Assembly: GCA_019923605.1 (NCBI GenBank)
Contig: JAHXGM010000002.1
Coordinates: 1-51,731, forward strand
Length of the DNA stretch: 51,731 bases
Reading direction: 5' to 3'
Origin: Candidatus Nealsonbacteria bacterium
GTDB lineage: Bacteria; Patescibacteriota; Minisyncoccia; Minisyncoccales; CSSED10-335
In this document: positions 46,166-51,731 of the stretch, one piece after another
Numbering within the stretch: the first letter of the stretch is position 1
How the letters are laid out: every line of letters starts with the position of its first letter
Made by a program: the position numbers and the translations under genes
The notes under the pieces: generated by a model
What the model was told of the DNA's origin: nothing
Database searches by the model: none
The model's input: only the letters and a program-made list of their open reading frames with translations

Positions 46166-46960
46166 ATGATGGAGAATAATCAGGAAAATATAGTTAATAT
46201 ATCAACACCAAAAGATTTAATAATATCAACTTGGGACATTTATAGTAAGAAAATAGGTGTTTTGACTGGAATATTAGCAGTCCCTTTTATCTTGTCATAT
46301 CTTAGCGGTTATTTTTATGAGATAAATCAAGCACTGGCAGCAATATTGTCGTTTACTTATTTAGTTGCATTCTTTTGGGCACAGGTGGCTATTTTATTTG
46401 TGATAATCGATCAAAAGGAGGTGACTTCTTTTCAGGTTGCTGTCCAAAAAGGATGGTCTAAAATATTACCATTCTTTTGGTTATCACTACTAAGCCTGTT
46501 TATTATTATTGGTGGTTTTTTTCTTATGATTATCCCCGGAATTATATTTAATGTATGGTTTCTTTTTCCTAGCTTTATTCTTATTATAGAGAATAAAGGA
46601 GGAATGGATGCTTTTATGAGGAGTAAACAGTTAGTAACGGGTTATTGGCTAAAGATTTTTGGTAGAACAATATTCCTATTTGCTTTAGTGTTCTTATTTA
46701 TTTCTCCTATAATCCTCGTTACCATGTTAATCCCATTCATTAATACAGAGATTGTAAGTAACTTAATATCTTCCTTTATTGTAACTCCTATTGTCTTAAT
46801 ATTTTCCTATTTAATTTACAAAGATCTTATTAAAATTAAGCTAGATACCCCAGCGGTAGTTGCAACAACAAAAGATAGGGTAAAATTCTTAACCGTAGGT
46901 TTAATCGGCTGGATTATTGGCCTTATAATTATTGTTTCTGTAATAAAGCAGGCAACTTAG
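46166..46960 (+). CDS. Multi-pass membrane protein, DUF975/YciC-like (paralogue of the gene at 1..515)
   Basis: About 6 TM segments. MIIPGIIFNVWFLFPSFILIIENKGGMDAFMRSKQLVTGYWLKIF. The ATG at 46166 is preferred over the TTG at 46157. Confidence 0.6.
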   Translation: MMENNQENIVNISTPKDLIISTWDIYSKKIGVLTGILAVPFILSYLSGYFYEINQALAAILSFTYLVAFFWAQVAILFVIIDQKEVTSFQVAVQKGWSKILPFFWLSLLSLFIIIGGFFLMIIPGIIFNVWFLFPSFILIIENKGGMDAFMRSKQLVTGYWLKIFGRTIFLFALVFLFISPIILVTMLIPFINTEIVSNLISSFIVTPIVLIFSYLIYKDLIKIKLDTPAVVATTKDRVKFLTVGLIGWIIGLIIIVSVIKQAT

Positions 46961-46964
46961 GTTA

Positions 46965-48473
46965 TTACTTGGATTCGTAAATAGCAGCTTTTATGTTTTT
47001 TTTTGCTGTAGCTGTTTTTATATAATTCAACCATTTTCTACTCGGCTTACTACTTTTCTTGGTAATTATTTCAACGATGTCACCATTCTTAAGCGGGCTA
47101 TCTAGGGAAACCATTTTCCCATTAACCTTTACTCCTGCAGTATGGTTTCCCACCTCTGAATGGATAGAGTATGCAAAGTCAATTGGACTAGAATCAATTG
47201 GTAAGTCAATAACATCTCCTTTGGGAGTAAAAACAAATATTCTTTGTTGAAAGAAATCATCTTTAAGTTCTTCGGTAAGATTTCCTTGTCCCTCTACTAT
47301 TTTTTGATATTCTACTAATTCTTTTATCCAGGCGGGTACATCATCAAAATTTATCTCTTTGGTTTTTTTATGCTTCTCAAAACCATTTTTAAATGGAAGC
47401 AATCTTTTAATCCATAAGAAATTAGATCCTAGTTTATTATTAAGACCGCCCTTATATAAAAGATGTGAAGCAATTCCATACTCAGCTTCTCTGTGCATTT
47501 CAGTCGTCTTTATTTGTATTTCTACTACATTGCCATAGCCAGTGAATATGGTTGTATGAAGAGCTTGATAGCCGTTTGGTTTGGGAAAGGCAATATAATC
47601 CTTAATTCTACCTGGTAATGGCCTCCAAGTGCCATGTATGACCCCTAGAACTTTATAACAATCCTTAACATCTGGCAGTATTATACATAAAGCGGAGATA
47701 TCATAAATTTTATCTATATTCCAATCTTTTCTAAGTAATTTATTGTAAAGACTGTAAAGCGTCTTTATCCTGTAATTGACAGTAAATTCAGTAATGCCAT
47801 TTTTTGCCAACCCCTTTTTTACTGACCTTTGAAACTTGCTTAATTTTTGATCATCTTCTCTACTTTTTTCTCGATAAAGTTCGCTGGTTTTTTTATATTC
47901 TTTTGGATAAACAAAAGGGAAAACTCCGTCTTCTAATTCTCTATGCAATTTTCTAATACCCAGTCTGTAGGCAATAGGGACATATATTTCTAATGTTTCT
48001 GTCGCTATTCTTGCTCGCTTATAATCGGGGATGTGTTCCAAGGTACTCATATTATGGAGTCTATCAGCTAACTTAATGATAATTACTCTAATATCTTGAG
48101 AAACGGCAATAAATAATTTTCTTAAACTTTCATTATGTCTTTTTACACCTCTATACTTTAACTTACCCAGCTTAGTCACTCCTTGGACCAGGAAAAGTAT
48201 TTCAGCTCCAAACTCTTTTTCAATATCCTCTTCCGTTGCTTTACCATCTTCAATAACATCATGTAATAACCCTGCACATATAGTTACCGGGCTCATTTTA
48301 AGATCGGCAAGAATTTTAGCTGTTTCATAAGGATGAAGAAAATACGGCTCTCCAGATAACCTGACCTGTCCTTCATGCATTTTTTTAGAAAAATTAAAAG
48401 CTCTTGATATTAAATCAATGTCTTTTTCGAAGAGGGGATTTGTTGAATTAATTATTTCTTTTACGCTTTCCAT
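46965..48473 (-). CDS. rel: Bifunctional (p)ppGpp synthetase/hydrolase of the Rel/SpoT family, truncated after the TGS domain
   Basis: HD hydrolase motifs (HPYETAKILADL, LLHDVIEDG). Synthetase motifs (RIKTLYSLYNKL, GYQALHTTI, VEIQIKTTEMH). TGS motif (IFVFTPKGDVIDLPIDSSPIDFAYSIHSEVG). At 502 aa it lacks the C-terminal ribosome-sensing domains. Confidence 0.9.
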   Translation of the reverse strand: MESVKEIINSTNPLFEKDIDLISRAFNFSKKMHEGQVRLSGEPYFLHPYETAKILADLKMSPVTICAGLLHDVIEDGKATEEDIEKEFGAEILFLVQGVTKLGKLKYRGVKRHNESLRKLFIAVSQDIRVIIIKLADRLHNMSTLEHIPDYKRARIATETLEIYVPIAYRLGIRKLHRELEDGVFPFVYPKEYKKTSELYREKSREDDQKLSKFQRSVKKGLAKNGITEFTVNYRIKTLYSLYNKLLRKDWNIDKIYDISALCIILPDVKDCYKVLGVIHGTWRPLPGRIKDYIAFPKPNGYQALHTTIFTGYGNVVEIQIKTTEMHREAEYGIASHLLYKGGLNNKLGSNFLWIKRLLPFKNGFEKHKKTKEINFDDVPAWIKELVEYQKIVEGQGNLTEELKDDFFQQRIFVFTPKGDVIDLPIDSSPIDFAYSIHSEVGNHTAGVKVNGKMVSLDSPLKNGDIVEIITKKSSKPSRKWLNYIKTATAKKNIKAAIYESK

Positions 48474-48781
48474 AAGTCGATTCTATTATAAATAAATGCC
48501 ATTAACAAGAGTTAGTGTCTTAACAAAATATTAATGCGCTTTGTAATTAATATATTTTCCAATGAAGGCTACGCAAATTTTCTTAAACCCAGACATGTTA
48601 AACATATTATTGGACTACTTCTTTTTTTATGATATAAATCAGTATTAATTATAGTGATTAATTAGAGCTTTACCATTTAGGACGTAGTATTTCATGTTAT
48701 TGCTATATTTATGATTCTATATTTTGGCAGTCTTCCAAGATAGAAAAAAACTTGCTAATATTTTAATACTAATTAAAAAAT

Positions 48782-49405
48782 ATGAAGGTATATTTTGCCA
48801 GACACGGAGAAACTGGGTTCAATACAAAGAAACTATTCCAAAACAAAGATATTTCTCTTACAGAAAAAGGGGAGTCGCAAGCTAATCTTTTGGCGGATAG
48901 GTTTTTAAAGATTCCAATAGATGTAATTCTGTGCAGTACATGCAAAAGGGCAGAACAAACTGCTGAAATTATAAATAAAAAGTTAGACAAGGAGATAGTT
49001 TACAGTGATTATCTAGCAGAAAAAAAGTGGCCGGATGAAATAATAGGAAAAGAATTTAGAGGTCCCGAGTATTTGAAATTTAAAGAATTCTTTATAAAGA
49101 ATTTAAATGATCCGGACTGTCATTATTCAAACGAAGAAAACTTTTTTGATTTTCGTGAAAGAGTTTTTTTGTTTTTCGATTTCTTAGATAAAAGGAGAGA
49201 AGAAGATATTTTAGTTGTTTCCCACGGAGGAACAATCAAGATGATAATTTGTTTAATGATGCTTGGAAAAGATTTTGGACCAGATATTTATTTCAAAGTC
49301 ATTGAGTTCTTTAGGATATATAATACGGGAATTACTCTTTGCGAGAAGAATGAGGAAAACAAATGGCACCTAATGACATGGAACGACCATGCTCACTTGG
49401 GCTAG
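48782..49405 (+). CDS. Histidine phosphatase family protein (phosphoglycerate mutase/alpha-ribazole phosphatase-like)
   Basis: The RHGET motif (VYFARHGETGFN) and a distal VVSHGGTIK. Confidence 0.8.
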   Translation: MKVYFARHGETGFNTKKLFQNKDISLTEKGESQANLLADRFLKIPIDVILCSTCKRAEQTAEIINKKLDKEIVYSDYLAEKKWPDEIIGKEFRGPEYLKFKEFFIKNLNDPDCHYSNEENFFDFRERVFLFFDFLDKRREEDILVVSHGGTIKMIICLMMLGKDFGPDIYFKVIEFFRIYNTGITLCEKNEENKWHLMTWNDHAHLG

Positions 49406-49491
49406 GGGGGAAACCAAGCCTTATTTTCATTGATTGGAAAGTTAGAAAGTGTTAAAAATGTTTAGATATTACCTTTATTGAGACTCTTTTT

Positions 49492-51249
49492 TTATTGATT
49501 CCTTTCCATTTTTTCTTTTATCTCACCAACCAGTTCACCTTCGGTCATTTGTCTGGTATCTTCTTTACCTCTTTCACGAACAGATAGATTGCCTGATTCC
49601 ATTTCTCGATTACCGATTACTAGGATATAGGGAATTTTCTCTTGAGAGGCTTTCCTTACTTTGTTTCCAACAGTTTCGTTGCCATCATCAACTTCTACCC
49701 TTAAATCCTCATTTAATAGCCTGGAGGCCATTTTGCGGGCAAAGTCAGTATGAGTATCGGCAAGGGAAATTACCTTTATTTGAACCGGTGCTAACCAAAC
49801 AGGAAAAGCTCCTGCATAATGCTCTATTAATATAGTACAAAATCTTTCAAGCGATCCAAATATTGTTCGATGTAACATAATAGGAGTATGCTCATTACCA
49901 TCAGGGCCAATATATTTCATACCGAATTTAGAAGGAAGATTCATATCAAGCTGGATAGTAGGGCATTGCCATTCACGACCAATTGCATCAAATATCTTTA
50001 TATCCAAAGCTGGTCCATAAAATTTAGCACCTCCTTCTTCTAACTTGTAATCAATATCCTTTTCTTGAAGTATCTCTTTAATAGTACTTTCGGCAATATC
50101 CCAAACATCAGAATCTCCAACATACATCTTTTTGTTGTTCGGGTCTCTAACTGCAAGATAGTATTTAAACTTATCAAAACCGAAGCGACTAAATACATCT
50201 ATAGTTAATTCAACTGCTTTCCTATACTCTTCCTTGAATTGATCTTTGGTACAAATTATATGAGCGTCATCTTGAGTAAATCCTCTTGGCCTGGCAAGCC
50301 CATGTAGTTCACCTGACTTCTCATACCGATAGCAAGTTCCAAGCTCATTCCATTTCAATGGGAGATCTCGATAACTTCTAATCTTTGTCTTATATATCTC
50401 AACATGAAAAGGACAACTCATCGGTTTAATGTAATACTTTTCATCAGTTTCTTTGTCTGAAAATGGGGGAAACATAGAATCAGTAAAAAAGTCTAAGTGA
50501 CCACTTTCTTTCCAAAGAAGATCTTTCCCTATATGTGGAGTGTAGATATAATGATAGCCGTTTTGTCTATGAACTTTTCTCCACCAAGTTTCAAGTATTT
50601 CCCTAACTTTAGATAATTTGGGATGCCAAAGAATTAATCCTTGCCCAACCTTATCACTTATACTAAAAAGGTCTAATTCTTTTGAAAGTTTTCTGTGATC
50701 TCTTAACTCTGCTTGATGTATCATTTCAAGATGATTGTCAAGGTCTTCTTTACTATCAAAGGCAAGAGCATAGATTCTGGTAAGCATCTTGTTTTTTTCA
50801 TCTCCTCTCCAGTAAGCTCCCGCAACTTTATTTATCTTAAAAGCGTTAATATTTATATCCTTAGTTGATGATATATGCGGTCCACGGCATAGATCTTCAA
50901 AATCACCGGAAGTATAATATGATGCCTTTAGTTCCCCCTCTTTTTTGAGATCTTCAAGTAGCTCTACCTTATAATCTTGTCTGGCCTCTTTTTCTTTTCG
51001 GATTGCCTCAATAATATCTATTTCTCTTTTTTCAAATTTTAGATCTTTCTTGATTAACTCTTTCATTTTCTCTTCAATTTTTGAAAGATCTGCTTCGCTA
51101 AAAGGTGATTCTCCAAAATCAAAATCATAATAAAAGCCGTTATCTATTGAGGGACCAATAGCTAACTTTACATCGGGCCAAATATCTTTTACTGCTGCCG
51201 CCATAATATGTGACAGCGAATGTCTTAAAGTATGTAAATCATTTTTCAT
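49492..51249 (-). CDS. thrS: Threonyl-tRNA synthetase lacking the N-terminal TGS (N1) domain
   Basis: It begins directly in the editing domain (LRHSLSHIMAAAV...GFYYDFD, CRGPHI). The class II catalytic core and anticodon-binding domain follow. It is 585 aa, against about 640 aa. Confidence 0.93.
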   Translation of the reverse strand: MKNDLHTLRHSLSHIMAAAVKDIWPDVKLAIGPSIDNGFYYDFDFGESPFSEADLSKIEEKMKELIKKDLKFEKREIDIIEAIRKEKEARQDYKVELLEDLKKEGELKASYYTSGDFEDLCRGPHISSTKDININAFKINKVAGAYWRGDEKNKMLTRIYALAFDSKEDLDNHLEMIHQAELRDHRKLSKELDLFSISDKVGQGLILWHPKLSKVREILETWWRKVHRQNGYHYIYTPHIGKDLLWKESGHLDFFTDSMFPPFSDKETDEKYYIKPMSCPFHVEIYKTKIRSYRDLPLKWNELGTCYRYEKSGELHGLARPRGFTQDDAHIICTKDQFKEEYRKAVELTIDVFSRFGFDKFKYYLAVRDPNNKKMYVGDSDVWDIAESTIKEILQEKDIDYKLEEGGAKFYGPALDIKIFDAIGREWQCPTIQLDMNLPSKFGMKYIGPDGNEHTPIMLHRTIFGSLERFCTILIEHYAGAFPVWLAPVQIKVISLADTHTDFARKMASRLLNEDLRVEVDDGNETVGNKVRKASQEKIPYILVIGNREMESGNLSVRERGKEDTRQMTEGELVGEIKEKMERNQ

Positions 51250-51268
51250 ATTTTAATATTTAATGTAA

Positions 51269-51455
51269 TAAAAAAATCCGTCTCAACACAGCAATTGTTT
51301 GCTGTATCGGGACGGATTCTCTTATCCGCGGTTCCACCCGAATTCCCTCAAATTAAGGGCTCTTCATTTAAAATCTTGTTCGCTTAGTCTTGTTTTATCA
51401 AGATTCCGCCTTAACGGTAATATGGTTGGTAGCCATATCAATCACTTCAAAGATT
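51269..51455 (-). promoter_or_regulatory. T-box riboswitch leader of thrS (candidate ACC Thr specifier)
   Basis: The minus strand reads ...GAUAUGG-CUACCAA-CCAUAUU...AAUUCGGGUGGAACCGCGGAUAAGAGAAUCCGUCCC.... The T-box sequence GGGUGGAACCGCGG is at 51326-51339. An antiterminator can form as GGG / UGGAACC bulge / GCGGAU-loop-AUCCGU / CCC. The competing terminator is AAUCCGUC...GACGGAUU plus a U-run (51270-51318). An ACC triplet sits at 51428-51430. Confidence 0.85.
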
Positions 51456-51461
51456 ATTATC

Positions 51462-51490
51462 AGTTTAGGAAAATAGAAACTAAGTGTCAA
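51462..51490 (-). promoter_or_regulatory. Sigma70-type promoter for the thrS T-box leader
   Basis: On the minus strand: TTGACA (51485-51490), 17 bp spacer, TAAACT (51462-51467). Confidence 0.55.
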
Positions 51491-51731
51491 TAGAAAAGGG
51501 TTTACATAATTAACATTCGTGCTCAATTTGCAAAAAATATATCCTTGTCAATGCTTTTAAGTATAACGCACCATCTCTTATATATTTTAGAAATAAAAGT
51601 AGAAACTTATTCAAGTACAAGAAAAGACAAAATTGACGTTGCCGGATTCAATAAAGTCTAGCATACTCAATTTTAAAAAATTAAGATATAATCTACTTAA
51701 GGTAATGTGTATACTCATATTACCTTTTACA

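Noticed and set aside
51299-51493. 64-aa plus-strand ORF upstream of thrS
   Set aside because: It lies entirely within the T-box leader on the opposite strand. The RNA element explains this region.
51700-51727. 8-bp stem AAGGTAAT...ATTACCTT preceded by a TATAAT-like box at the window edge
   Set aside because: The window ends here, so the context (gene or RNA start) cannot be judged.

Overview
This is an AT-rich, tightly packed chromosomal segment of about 52 kb, made up almost entirely of housekeeping genes. Many genes overlap at start/stop codons. The standard genetic code applies: TGA is used as a stop, for example in the rsmH/ftsL ATGA overlap.

The gene content and the many domain-pruned proteins suggest a reduced-genome bacterium with a Gram-positive-like envelope, of the Candidate Phyla Radiation/Patescibacteria type. 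This placement is an inference.

Content in order:
- a partial membrane-protein gene
- a decayed IS256-family element
- HD and cupin genes
- a CAP-domain/sortase/surface-protein cassette
- a truncated dcw cluster (mraZ-rsmH-ftsL-ftsI plus a dead Mur-ligase-like relic), followed by tRNA-Glu
- two transporters, rmuC and rplU
- recR, an intein-containing dnaB, and cysS on the minus strand
- a GtrA pseudogene, dnaX and tRNA-Gln
- a 580-bp non-coding spacer
- a nine-gene Enterococcus-type V-ATPase operon with a complete Na+-site signature
- a class I LysRS and an IS30 relic
- a translationally coupled uvrB-uvrA-uvrC operon whose three proteins each lack a canonical domain
- xseAB, a YkuD-like/DD-carboxypeptidase fusion and obg
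- a UvrD-type helicase fused to a Cas4-like Fe-S nuclease
- a run of small membrane-anchored hypothetical proteins
- a CutA-like/archaeal-type PPAT fusion
- a truncated Rel and a histidine phosphatase
- a TGS-less thrS preceded by a T-box leader with an apparently ultrashort Stem I

I found no CRISPR array, rRNA, prophage or recognisable defence island, and no single obviously novel multi-gene system. The most interesting signals are unusual domain architectures, the thrS T-box variant, a structured element in front of tRNA-Glu, and the unexplained spacer upstream of the ATPase operon.
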